Below are positions 27,101 through 38,146 of a DNA stretch of 64,000 bases, piece by piece (within the stretch, counting starts at the first letter, position 1; every line of letters begins with the position of its first letter). The position numbers and the translations under genes were made by a program. The notes under the pieces were generated by a model. The model was not told the origin of the DNA. It saw nothing but the letters and a program-made list of their open reading frames with translations, and made no database searches. The DNA comes from Acanthaster planci (Eukaryota): the NCBI RefSeq assembly GCF_001949145.1, contig NW_019091362.1:2115838-2179837 (forward strand), written 5' to 3'.

Positions 27101-30100
27101 CACTGCGAAATACAAAAAACATTCACAATACAAAATTGCCATGCAATATCATACCTGTGTTTATACACTTTCGGGTTAAGATTTGCATGCCATCATGACT
27201 CTTGCAAGTGCATGTGCACTTTTTGTACAGGTATGCAATGGCGTGCAGCATGCATATGAGCCTTTTCCAAACTATGGGTGTCAGTACCGGCAAAACAATT
27301 GTATTCAAGGCAAAACATGCAAAACATTCGTGTCGACATACGTACGTGATGTGGTTCTTGTGCTGACATGTTATTGGTTGATGGCGTACAGGTTCTGTCG
27401 ATCTGGGCAACCACCGCCGATCATTAGAATTCACTGCCGTAACAGACTAGTGCAGGAAGCTTGCCGTTGTGGGCTCAGCCTGCTGGAAATACATTTAACA
27501 AGGAACCTAGAGACACAGAACAGGATTTTAAAGTTAACAAAAGGACAAGTTACTTTTGAGCAAGCATGCGTACTCATTCTTGACAGACTTTTTGTCATTG
27601 AATTCACACAGAAGTGCTCCTTATAAAGACGTGTTCCTTTTACTTAGTACCAAAGCGATTTTGATACTTGGTATAACTGGTATAGATCTATTGTCTGCTT
27701 TCAACAAAGAGCCGACATCATGCCAACAATAATGATAAGTATTCAAAAATTAATAAGAAATAAATGAATGAGAATATGACAACGTAACTTTGCAAACATA
27801 CTTTGGGGCTAACTGTGTACCTACCCAAAGAATTTCATGTCGGTCAGGCTTGGTCAAGTATGTATAATAAAATCGTATTTGTAATCGTATCTTTGATGAC
27901 GTCATCATGATGCCAAATCATTTTCCAAATACTTCAAACATCCACTTACCCTACCCAATGAATTGCAAAAATAATTTTGGGAAAAAATTAATTTGTTCAG
28001 GAAATACCTCAAGAAGAAGGTTAGACAAGAAAAACTACAAAACTCGTAAGAAATCAGCTGATGACGTAATCGTGACGTCATTCAAATTTTCATCTATAAC
28101 CCATCTTGCTTAGTATTTATACCAATATTTATTCAGATCAGACGTATGGTTCTGGAGTTATAAGTTTCCAAAGAATTCAACTTTAAGGAGTTGTCACGTG
28201 ATTAGTGATGACGTCACTATGACAACTATCTTCTTTGAATTTCCCACCTAGAATTCATGCCAAATTGTTAGTTCACACCTGTCAGTCATCTATCTGAAAC
28301 GTAGAGTGCGCTATTTTCCACACTACTGGAAAGGTACACACTAAGTCAACAAGGCACTGATTTTAATTGATGCGTTCTATATGTATTCGTGTGTCAGGTC
28401 TACTCTCTGTACGTCGTCTCAGCGTTCTTCTATATCCCGCTCATCGCCATCAGTACGTGCTATATCTTCATGGTGGTATCCATTTGGAGGCGGAGCAAAT
28501 ATATGATGGGGCGAATGCCAGACAAGGCAAAAGGACGGGCAAGCAAAATAGGTTGGTACTATTCTGAATATTTTGCATTCTGTACTCTCTAAAATTTGGT
28601 CCAATTGCCATGGATTGATTCTTCTCTTTCGAAGAAATGGGGACTAATTGCTCTGACCAATGGCGCCGGTAGCGACCAATTTATTTCAAGTAATATTTTG
28701 CGGGGGGGTGTGGGGCGCTTGTGGGGTAGCATACAGTTATGACCACAGTATGCGTCAGTGCGCACTCGCGATACGAAAGTTGGGTGTTAGTCGTGATCAG
28801 AGGTTGAGAGTGATATCACCACACTCGGTACAATTGGCGCTTAAGGATATTGTTCAACGATGGAGGATATTTGTGTCAAATTAAGCTTATGTGTAACTGA
28901 AAACACACAAAACCAAAGTAGCCACGTTTTTTGCCATCCAACCAATTTTAAACTTTACTTTAGAACCTCATTCCTGATTTCCCAGGCTAGATTATTTAAA
29001 AAGTCATCACCTGTCGAAAAATCGTCGTTGAGGGCAACATGCGAATGGCCAAAAATATGACATGATCCTACTTATGATCTAGGGACTTGATACATGGGAG
29101 TAGTTCCGGCGGGTTTTTTTAATCGCTCTGCGCGGCGCGATCCATGCAGTAACCATTCACAATACGAAGGCATCTGCTACGCGATAAAACATACTCGTCG
29201 GTGCTCTGCCGTCTCGTCATATGTCCTCCCCGGACGATATCAACGTTGCTGGAAACTGCATTGTTGATGGTATCTGCTTTCCAGTGTTCGGATTAAAATT
29301 GGTTTGGCAAAACCGCTGCGGTGTTCGTTGACAAGATTGTTCTCATCATGGGGTGAGAAGAAACCGACTGATCATCAGCGTCGCTGTCAGAAAGCACACC
29401 GACGCTGAGATTGGTAGGAATGGAGCCTTTCGTTATTGTGTACACGCTATACATTAGCAAACAGTCGTTGGAATTCCAACTTCCATGTGCTGCGTCACAC
29501 TTTTACAGAATGGCAAAATGAAACCGACGACTGTTGTTCTTCTTTTTGAGACCTCAAAAACTGCGAACTTTTTTCTCGCACTGAGTTTGAAATACACGGT
29601 TTTAAAAAATGAGACTTTGTCTCTATGTCATATGGGTATACCGTTCAATATAAGACATGTATTGCAGAAAAATGTCCTCCATCGTTGAGCTACATCTTGA
29701 TTAGCTTGTACCAATGATTCGCACGAGGAATTAACGCAAACCACGCCCAGAATTCGTGCTTGACATCCGTTCTGCGAGCCGGAAGAAGCGAAATACTGGG
29801 ACAAGAAGGTGAATTCTCCTGACAATAATACATTTACAGTGCTTAATTTTTTACTGTGGTTGTGCCTGATCGAATCTGTGTCCATTGGAGATTGTTCCCA
29901 CTTTCAGCGGCAGACGGCAGCTGTAACGATCTCCTTCAATAGCGCCATCTTGTGGCTGCTATGTATAAAAACTGCAAGACATGTTATATGTTGAAACAAA
30001 TCAATTTGTGTTTTTTAATACTTTCATATCCGATTTTCGACTTAATGAATGAAAAACGTTGAACAGCGCTGCCATCTGGTACCCGTGCGGACATTTTTCT

Positions 30101-33100
30101 CTGCGTGAGACAATTTGCATCAAATTTTTATTTTTATTAATTTTTTTTACGATAGCCTGTAAGGAAAAGGAGCCGATGAAGCACCGGGCCAGCTCTAGAG
30201 GGCTCATTCCTAAAGCAAAGATCAAGACACTGAAGATGACAGTGTGTATCATTGTGGGTAGGTGTCGAATGCAAGTTAGCATACATGTAGAGATGCATGT
30301 ACATGTACCTGTAAACATGTCATTGTTCAGGGCCACCTGTTGCTGGACGGCCTTAAACACATCTGGCTGATGTTTTTTTTTAATAATTATAAAGACCACC
30401 CATATGAAGGACTCTGGATCAGTAAGGAAAGGTCTTTTATCTTGGGTATTAATGAATTTAACGTCTGACGAGATGTGGTTGGGATACACCGCGCTAAGCG
30501 CTGACATGGAGGTAGAATTCATCTTTGAAAAGACTAAGAGTGAGGAAAATTGTTTGGTTTGCACTGTGCGGGGTTTTGGTCACTGGTCTCTATATAGGGG
30601 CTGGATGACCCGTTGAAACCGGGGACTAGACGCCTCTAGGTACCAATTCAAATGCAATGCGTGCGCGTGTTGAGGACTGACCATAAGAATTGAAACCTTA
30701 AGGCTTTTTTCATACAGATCTGGGTCTCGATTGTCAATCCCAACGCTTGTTCGCTTCATTCATTAGGCAGGCTCTGGTGCCAGTGAAGCAACGACGTGGA
30801 TTACTGATTGAGATTTGGATCCGTGTGACACAAGCAGGCCCTTACAGGGGCCATTTTGTTTGGACCATTTTGTAAATTTACACAAGGGTTATCAATAGAA
30901 ATATGGACTTTAAGGAACAAGGCTCCACCAAAAAGGGACAAGTTCGAATAACCACAATTCTCAACCAATGGTCGGTTTTCTCGGGTAATCTATAACTGAA
31001 ATGTATACCGGGCAAAATCGACCAGTGCATGGTTAACAAATTGTCGGTGATCGAACGTGCCCGTGGCGGCTGACAACATGCACAAATGACGTGTGCCTGA
31101 CTCGATCGAAATCGAGTCACACATGCATCATTTGTGCATGGCGATTGATGTGTGCGAAACCCGCTAGTACCATGAAGTATTCATTTTAGATTTTTTCTTT
31201 TTTTACATTTTTTTCAATGTTTGTTTACAGGGGATAAATTTTTCCCAGGGTTGTTTAGTAGCCCTCAAAGCCTACGATTTAATAGAAGTTTACTGGTGGT
31301 TAATGTTGTGATTTGACAATCAAACTATCATGATTTCATCATTACTCGGCCTAAATTTACTTTAAAAGCACGAGTTCTTCTTTTGGCATAGCAGTACAAA
31401 CCTTAAAATAAATGAAGATTTTTTGTCTTATAAAACCGAACTAAAAAAAATATCTCGTAAAAGCAATATTTATTCCAAAAATAGAGAGTCTTTCTAAAAA
31501 CTGATCTTGTAAAAATTATCTTGAAAAATACCTTGCATAAAAACGATTTTTTTCTTAAATTCACTTCACTTTTTAAAAACGTTTACTTCATGGCACTAGT
31601 GGGCTTCTTCAGACATGCAAGCCATCCAGTCGGGAAAAAAGAGAGATATCAGTGTTCATGGTGGATCAGGACATTTCTCTTTCCAGGCACATGATGGCGC
31701 TGTGCAATTTCCCCCATCATTTGCCATATTCACCTTGATGGGTTCCCACGTTTCATCCTCTGTATAGCTTTATCTTTTTGATGATGTATCCACAAAGTTT
31801 CAAAGACTTTTATTATTTATTCCAAATATTTGGTATCAGAAATGAGTTGAAAAATCTTCTAATTTAACACGTGCAATTTCAGCATTCATTTTGTGCTGGT
31901 GTCCTTTCTCCATCTTCTTCACCCTGGACGCCTTCGGTGTCATCTTCATCGACGAGAAAAACCTCAACACTGCGTTCCGTGCCGTGGCCTTCATTCAGAA
32001 CCTGCCGTATCTCAGCAGCGCGATCAACCCCTTCATCTATGGCTTGTTCAGCACCAAAATCTGCCAAGAACTCAGGTGAGAGTCAGAGTTTCGTATCCAC
32101 CGTGACAAAGCTGACGAAACTGGTCTGGAGCTACCCAACTGACTTAAATGTTTACCAGTAGCTTGCTTTCTTCAGCATGACCTTGGTGTTGTAGAACAAA
32201 AATAAAGATTAGCAAAACTAGGCGGGACATGTTTGTTTTAGTGACCAAGACGAGGTGATCCGGCTATATCGATTTTCAGCTGAAAATCCATTGGAGAGTT
32301 TTGACGCATGTCATCGAAAATCTATTTGATCTTGTTATTTGTGCAAACATGCGCATGTATATGAAATGATCAAATCAAGAGGAAACTGACCATCTTAAAA
32401 TTGCCCTTTTAACATTTTATGGGATGTTGACGTCATTATTTTTTATCCTTCACGAAATAGTTTGTAACGAACAGAAGGTTTCATCTATTTTCGTGTTACG
32501 GCAAAAAATCTTAAATATAAAAAGGTGCTATCTGTGATAGCACGCCCTTTCTTTTGATGACGTCAGTAATATTTGCATAGTTTTGACCATGCCGCTCTCA
32601 ACAGTTATATAATTTGGTTGGGCGAAGTGAAATCCTTCCGTTTTTTAATTGTAATCCCACATTCTTGCACCTCCATTATCCCGGAAGTCAGATTTGGTCT
32701 ACCATTATTCTGAAGAATGCGTTACCTTATTTCATTTATAAGTTATAGTTGCAAAAATTTCTTTGAATTTTCTCCTTAAATCACGTGTACTTTAAATCTG
32801 ACGTCATAATGACATCCCGAACGCACTCATGTGTACATCAAAGTTAATGTCATAACCAAATTTCACGTCAAGATTTTCAACTGATCGTAAGATACCGTCT
32901 TATGTATCGATCTTAGGATTGTTCAAGCATCTAAAATGTACCTGAATTTTGACCCTTGACTCCAGAATTAAACGAAACACTACTTCTACGTCCAGACACA
33001 ATTGTTGCCCAACTGCATCAGCTTGTGAGATACTGTTAAATCGCTTGTTATTTGATACCTGATGACGTCATTGCGATGTCACTCTTGTATACACAACGAG

Positions 33101-33838
33101 GGATAACCGGGATGTCGTTTCAGATTTCATGTTTACGCGGTAGCCGTTTCGGAGAAAAGCCGCGTCAAGAGGGAAAAAAGGCGGGAAAGACAGACCGCTA
33201 CAGATTCAATGGTTGACCCGCCGGAGCATTATCCCCCAAAATTGAACGAAAAACAAACTGGATGTTCGTGTCTTGATGTGCAAGAGAACAGAGAATTAGG
33301 AGAAGGGACGTATCAAAAAACGATAGAGGAGCGATGAACTGATGTAGAAAGTAGGCAGTCACAGTGAATACGTTTAACGTTGTTATTTTTATTTCTACCC
33401 ACCAACTGATAGCGATAGGGTCGTGTTTGTATGTTGTTTCATTGTTGATTCATCTTTGTGTAACATGATCATTATTTTCAGTTGAGTTTTGGTTTATATT
33501 TAGCACCCATCGTTTGTCTTATTGTTGTTCTGTTCCTGTTCTCCGTGTGTTTCTCTCAGAGTGAACTGAAAAACCAACCCACTATTTCTACTTACCAAAT
33601 CACAATCAGACGATTCCGAGTCATCAATTGGATGGCCACCAAGCTGCGGTGCTGTAAGTCCTGGAGACAGACCCGCTACGGCCGCTCGACGACGCTGCGG
33701 ACCGACACCAACCTGACCGACATGTCCGAAGGGGCGAGCGGGGCCCACCGCGGTCACAGCCGGCCTATGTACGTCTACACACCCGCCAGGACGAGTAACA
33801 GTGACAACTCTAGGGAGATGCCCAACAGTGCCATGTGA
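18012..33838 (+). CDS. NPSR1-like: Neuropeptide S / CCAP / NG-peptide-type receptor (class A GPCR), spliced; join(18012-18185,18540-18675,20181-20284,21239-21332,22461-22612,28398-28551,30156-30257,31883-32075,33610-33838), 1338 nt, 445 aa
   Basis: Nine exons with GT-AG boundaries and compatible phases (0,1,0,1,0,1,1,2) give an uninterrupted 7TM frame. Motifs: FYK|DFQLILLWVL..GNS, KKSRLNFFVAHLALAD, CKIIRYLQ, SLDRFFAIVFPM, RGLIPKAKIKTLKMT, CWCPF, IQNLPYLSSAINPFIY. These match NPSR1/CCAP receptor signatures (e.g. KKKSRMTFFV, RGLISKAKIK, IQNLPALNSAINPLIY). Confidence 0.93.
18540..18675 (+). CDS. NPSR1-like: NPS-type receptor exon 2 (TM1, ICL1, start of TM2)
   Basis: Acceptor tttgtttccatacag|; DFQLILLWVLLALILLGNSTVLLALYVIRHKKSRLNFFVAHLALA-G|gtagat. 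Confidence 0.93.
18782..18923. mobile_element. Palindromic MITE-like element, copy 1 (intron 2)
   Basis: gggcctgtttgcttcacagggatctggatc...gatccaggtccgtgtgaaacacacaggccc; homologous copy at about 30700-30841 in opposite orientation. Confidence 0.7.
20181..20284 (+). CDS. NPSR1-like: NPS-type receptor exon 3 (TM2, ECL1, start of TM3)
   Basis: cctcag|; (D)LLVGVINAGFEILYRYMGEFQAGTVFCKIIRYLQ|gtaagg. Confidence 0.93.
21239..21332 (+). CDS. NPSR1-like: NPS-type receptor exon 4 (TM3, DRF motif, ICL2)
   Basis: ttcttctctactacag|; AFVINASSFQLVALSLDRFFAIVFPMDFSGS-G|gtatgt. Confidence 0.93.
22461..22612 (+). CDS. NPSR1-like: NPS-type receptor exon 5 (TM4, ECL2); not shown in the ORF track
   Basis: gcctgtgcag|; (G)KRANLMAATAWIAPFFVSIPSAIVFEAKNDTRGQTHCFPTVLQPESWQYK|gtacaa; TM4 W and SIP motif, ECL2 Cys; phases fit both neighbours. 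Confidence 0.9.
23156..23458. mobile_element. MITE-like element with 50-bp terminal inverted repeats
   Basis: 23156-23205 vs 23409-23458 reverse complement, 48/50 identical, TA at both ends. Confidence 0.75.
23790..24122 (-). mobile_element. Penelope-like retroelement GIY-YIG endonuclease relic in NPS-type receptor intron 5
   Basis: KDRPNPQHKQGMYRIPQCQCGKVYIGETGRDL: GIY..YIG motif with intervening CxC typical of Penelope-like elements; frameshifted DHQID follows; no RT domain seen. Confidence 0.8.
27860..28280. repeat. Degenerate tandem repeat carrying GATGACGTCA motifs (relatives at about 24650-25330 and 32400-33240)
   Basis: gatgacgt(c/a)a..tgac motifs recur at about 150-165 bp spacing (27895, 28060, 28207); boundaries approximate. 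Confidence 0.5.
28398..28551 (+). CDS. NPSR1-like: NPS-type receptor exon 6 (TM5, ICL3)
   Basis: gtgtcag|; VYSLYVVSAFFYIPLIAISTCYIFMVVSIWRRSKYMMGRMPDKAKGRASKI-G|gttggt. Confidence 0.88.
30156..30257 (+). CDS. NPSR1-like: NPS-type receptor exon 7 (ICL3, start of TM6)
   Basis: ttttttttacgatag|; (A)CKEKEPMKHRASSRGLIPKAKIKTLKMTVCIIV-G|gtaggt. Confidence 0.9.
30700..30841. mobile_element. Palindromic MITE-like element, copy 2 (intron 7)
   Basis: Aligns along its length to the reverse complement of 18782-18923 (tcccaacgct, cattaggc, cagtgaa, cgacgt, caggccc). Confidence 0.7.
31160..31603. mobile_element. Non-autonomous DNA element with about 20-bp TIRs and AT-rich interior
   Basis: cccgctagtaccatgaagta ... 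tacttcatggcactagtggg (18/20). Confidence 0.55.
31883..32075 (+). CDS. NPSR1-like: NPS-type receptor exon 8 (TM6, ECL3, TM7, helix 8)
   Basis: aatttcag|; (A)FILCWCPFSIFFTLDAFG...IQNLPYLSSAINPFIYGLFSTKICQEL-AG|gtgaga. Confidence 0.93.
32400..33240. repeat. Degenerate GATGACGTCA-containing repeat array, possibly a Helentron-type non-autonomous element
   Basis: TGACGTCA at 32428, 32558, 32799, 33063 (multiples of about 130 bp); small palindrome gtgctatc-tgt-gatagcac near 32525; gacagac near the 3' end; family assignment is inference. Confidence 0.45.
33610..33838 (+). CDS. NPSR1-like: NPS-type receptor exon 9 (C-terminal tail, CC palmitoylation candidate, Ser/Thr-rich)
   Basis: caatcag|A CGA TTC fits the phase-2 donor; RRFRVINWMATKLRCCKSW...EMPNSAM*; GC-rich coding-like codon usage. 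Confidence 0.8.
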
Positions 33839-36271
33839 ATCGGTCGAGAGAAGGTGTCAGCGACAGGGGCAACATCCGAGGGTGTGTTGAGGTGGACACT
33901 TGAGTAAATTTGAGACGTTTTATGTGTACAGACAATTAAGTGTTCCTGTTCACGGTTGAGGGTGAAGGTTTCTTTTAGACAAATGCTTCATAGCAAAATC
34001 AATGCCGGGATAAAGTACGACAGGTGAAGGTTTTGAAAATTGATCACCATGCAGCCCGACTTTAATAAGTAGGCCTAAGTGATGAAAAATGTCGAGAGAG
34101 AGGTGTGTCATTCGTATGCATGAAATAAAGCTTCTGGAGAGTGGCTCAAGTCTTCTTCCCACTTCAAACTAAACTAGTCTGTAAAATTTTTACTTCGGTT
34201 TAAGAGCTGATGAATTCTGACACGCGCCATGACTTCAACAACGAGGTTGGTCGGTATAAACTTAAATATTGTTCAAAACATGAGGTAATATGAACACTGC
34301 CCTCATACGTTTAACTTCTAGGGATGAATACTTTTAGCGTTCTTTTAAGGATTTTCCTTTGCTACCGTTGACTGTTTTTGTAATTTAGTTTTGTGTGCTG
34401 TCTCCCCCTTGTGCTAAGTTGCGGCTAGTTTTCCAACGTTCATTTTAGTAGAAACTGTGATCCTTTTTTGTACGTAGGGCTTAGCAAGAAACTAACCAAT
34501 GCACGGCGTGGAAAATGCCGTTTGGCTTGTGTAGTTCTGAAGCTCATATTGTGAGCTGAGTATTGTTTGACCTTTGCAGGTAAACACCAACTATTTTATC
34601 AAATGTGTTATGTGCCTGACTTGGTGTTTGAATTGGAGATCTGTTCTACAGATTGTTGTATTAATAGATGACCGGAGGCACTGTTGACTTCGTGTGTGCC
34701 TGCAGATAGTTTTCAGGTGCTTTTGTAAAAGAACTACTGTGCTCATATCTTGTCCATTTGAATTGATTACATTAATAATTGGAGACAATTAGATAACTAC
34801 CACCTATATAGTAGTGTAGCTAATAACACGAATCACTGTTACTGTGGAGTTCTGTATGTCTGCAGGAATAGTCCTTTTCCACTACAGTATCTTGCGATAA
34901 ACAGGACCTACAGTTGATAAACTCAACAGATTTATGAGACTCTAACGACAAAACATAATTAAGTCTTTTGGTGTAGACTTTTAATCTATTTTTATAATTC
35001 ATGACTTCTTATGGATATAATTGTTTAGATGGTATACGTTCATTGTATAGTGCACCTTATAATGCGTGGAATTGGAATATACCTGAATAGATATTTTCAA
35101 AACAAGCAACTGAGGTCGGCCTTGATTTGAGGTCTATTTGGCAACACTTTCATTTTAGTTTTTACTGTTTTCATACCTTTGTTCGGCACTCCACGTTTTA
35201 ATCTGTCAGTTGTTCATATTTCGCTGTGCACATTCTATATTCGTTTCTACTTTTGATGTGTAAACAATCGACAATATTACACAGACGTATTCTAACTAAT
35301 GAAAGTAACATCGGTAGTATTGTCTTACTCTTAAATGACACTTGAGTCAGTGACTTCAAATGTTTACTTACGTCTACTTATGAATTATATTTATGTTCAG
35401 TTTAATATACCCACTTGTTAAAACTTATATTGCTATGTAAAGCTCACCTTCCATAACATATTGTGAAGGATGGTACTGAATGCTTGACTACAGAGTGGGG
35501 AAGTTCTTCCCCGACTGCTCCATAGCCTAGGTACGAGGCTCATTATTCATTTAGAGGTTCTTGTCGTGTTTTCATCGCAATCATGATTTAGATATTGCGT
35601 TTAGTTACAAAGAAATGATTGGTATTTTGAAAGCATTGTGATAATCATTAGCGTAGTGTATAGACTTTCATACTTTGGCAGAATAGCAGTGGATGAGGAC
35701 CGCGTGTTTCCTAAAGCTATCTTAACTTTCATTTTCCATTGTTTTTCAATCAAATTAAAAGTTGAACTTGTTTACTTTTTAAAGCTCTCAGGTTTGCACT
35801 CTGCCTAAAATGGTACAGTTGGCGAATTTTAACGAAACAAGTTTATTACGCCGTGCGCAGTTGTTGACCTAAGGTTGTATCTTTTTCATTGATACTTTGT
35901 TGATATTGGCTGGATTTTTTTCAATGTCATCTTCATAGACATTGAAAGTTGCCCACAGAAAATACATTTCTTACCATTTTTCGGTCATATAGTAAAAAGC
36001 ACATGCTTTTGCCAATGGGTAAAATACACATTGGACCTACAAGTCCCTGTCAATCACTGTGCCTAATCGTACAAATTCATTCTTATCAAGAACATTTATT
36101 AATTTATGTATTTATATATTTAATCAGAGTTTCGGAACAACAACCACATTAATTTTGCACCATGACAATGCAACTGAAATTTTCAACTTGTCAATGACAT
36201 CACAACGTCTTGTTATCAAAACAGATAAGACCAGTTTACTGGGGGTTTTATCAACAAATAACAGAGACGCG

Positions 36272-36512
36272 TACGGCAGCATATTACTGCCAACGCAAAA
36301 AAAATCTATCACGTGTAAACAACTTATTATCTCATTTAAATGACTTATACTTTCGTTTAAACAATTTTGCTATATCGTTTTAACGACTTAATATCGCGTT
36401 TAAACGAGAGAGCTATGTCGCTTTAACGAGAGGATAAGTCGTTTAAATGAGATAATAAGTCGTTTAAACAAGATAAAATATTTTTTCGCGTTGGCAGCAA
36501 CACGCTTCCGTA
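36272..36512. mobile_element. Foldback/MITE-like element with about 75-bp TIRs and internal 21-22 bp subrepeats
   Basis: tacggcagcatattactgccaacgc...acttattatctcatttaaa vs tttaaatgagataataagt...gcgttggcagcaacacgcttccgta; recurring tcgtttaaacga units; TA termini. Confidence 0.7.
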
Positions 36513-37312
36513 GATACGTATTATATCCATTGCATGGATGTTTCACTGAACATTGGTGGTGACTTGTCGCTCACTAGACTGGCACCTAGTCCCTTCATCT
36601 ATCTGTTGATTCTTAGCTAGATGTGCAAATGTCTTGACACGGAATAGAGTTATGTTCTTACATAACTGTAACATGCAATGTGACACTAAAAACGATATGA
36701 AGAATATTGTATCAGGCAGAATTGTTACATATAGAACTGAAGACAGTTTTCACAATTTATTTCTAAACACGTTGTTAATACAAGTGCATTCCTTGTAACA
36801 ATTTCAAATTATTTGGAGCAACTTAATTGCACATGTACAAGTGTCTCTAATTGACACCGATGTCAAATTCATCTGGACTCTGGGATTTTGTTGCCAGGTC
36901 ATATTCCAAAATACAGAGGCATACAGGCAAAAGACAGGAGGGATTGCACTGTCTAAACTTTTACACAAGCTTCCACCAATCTATTTCAGGTAGTAAAAGA
37001 CCCAGAAATAAGGAAAAGCTGGTGAAAAATAGGATTAACGCCCGTGTTCGAAGAGCCCGATTGTTGATTCCGTCTTCCCTGTCAATTCAGAGGGAGTCAC
37101 AGGCTCAGACTTATCCTGAAGCATGGTCGGGGCAGTCATTCTGCACGTGGCAGAAGTATAATTGAGTCATTCACTATTCATTCAAATGGCTAATCACCAG
37201 TAGCAGGTAGATAAACGATAGGACAGAATGATAGCTTTTCGACTAATGACAGACTGATGGGTTTTTCACCGTTCGTTTCAGTCGCTTGCCACCTGACACG
37301 AGTATTAGCCTC

Positions 37313-37382
37313 GAGCAGAAGCACCCCCCTCATCGGTTGAAAAGAGCCATGTTGGTGGGGGGTGTTCGTTTTGTTGGTAGCG
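37313..37382. repeat. Dispersed about 70-bp repeat, matches 7471-7538
   Basis: Same core sequence, same orientation. Confidence 0.75.
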
Positions 37383-37661
37383 TTTGTATTTCATAGTGGT
37401 TCATGATCAAGCGAAGGGCAGTTACAGCCAAAGGAGCCTCCGTTGCTGGGAAGATTGCGCCCTCTTGGTCCAGCTCGGGGTGGATAGATTAATGTGATGT
37501 AATTCCCAAACTAACTTACCTCCAACCTGTGACAACTGCATAAGTTGGCATTACGATTACAGTCAGGTGAACCAGTCGGATGCATTAATGCATAGTATAA
37601 TTCAGGTCAGACATTATGAATGATATTAATGCGAAAAAAACATATGAGAATGTTTATGTTA

Positions 37662-37874
37662 TTAGAAATTCATATATCCTATTCATAATATGTACAGATG
37701 TGTATAGTGCAAAATGGTGCCCAAAAGAGGCTACTATATAACTATGTAAATACAGTAAGGATATTGGTAAGTTTCCGTGAATTAGCATGTACAAAACAAA
37801 ATTTTAATATTACTGTTGATGGTTGCAGTTTAGTAGAAAAGATTTACTTGTATGCTATACACTAGAAGAATACA
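37662..37874. repeat. Non-coding block duplicated at about 43592-43768 (downstream flank of the receptor duplication)
   Basis: Exact 20-mer ctatacactagaagaataca at 37855 and 43749; aaaatggtgcccaaaagaggcta vs aaaacggagcctaaaataggcta; same orientation. Confidence 0.75.
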
Positions 37875-38005
37875 TGTACAATAAAACGTGTAAAAATACG
37901 GCGTTTTATTGGTTACCACTTTTCCCTTGAATTCCCCCCCCAAAAAAAAAAAAATTCTGTTCACATATACGTCGATTCCTTTGGCATAATATGGGCGATT
38001 CACCC

Positions 38006-38146
38006 TAGTGCGTCACCAAGAGTTTGCAACGCGTTGACCAATCACAATGTGTGTAATCTGTCGACCGAATGCGCGTTTGGAAAAGTTCGACAGAGTTCGC
38101 GCAATTGTGATTGGCCAACGCGTTGTAACCTCTTGGTGGCGCACTA
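38006..38146. mobile_element. Palindromic MITE-like hairpin, about 43-bp arms
   Basis: tagtgcgtcaccaagagtttgcaacgcgttgaccaatcacaat ... attgtgattggccaacgcgttgtaacctcttggtggcgcacta; TA ends. Confidence 0.7.

Noticed and set aside
27183..27626. 147-aa Cys-rich ORF in intron 5
   Set aside because: The Cys content comes from tgca/tgt-rich intronic sequence; no domain pattern.
30001..30564. 187-aa minus-strand ORF
   Set aside because: Antisense shadow over exon 7 and low-complexity intron; no recognisable domain.
36345..36480. CRISPR-like regular short repeats
   Set aside because: Eukaryotic context, no unique spacers, and the repeats are internal units of a foldback element.
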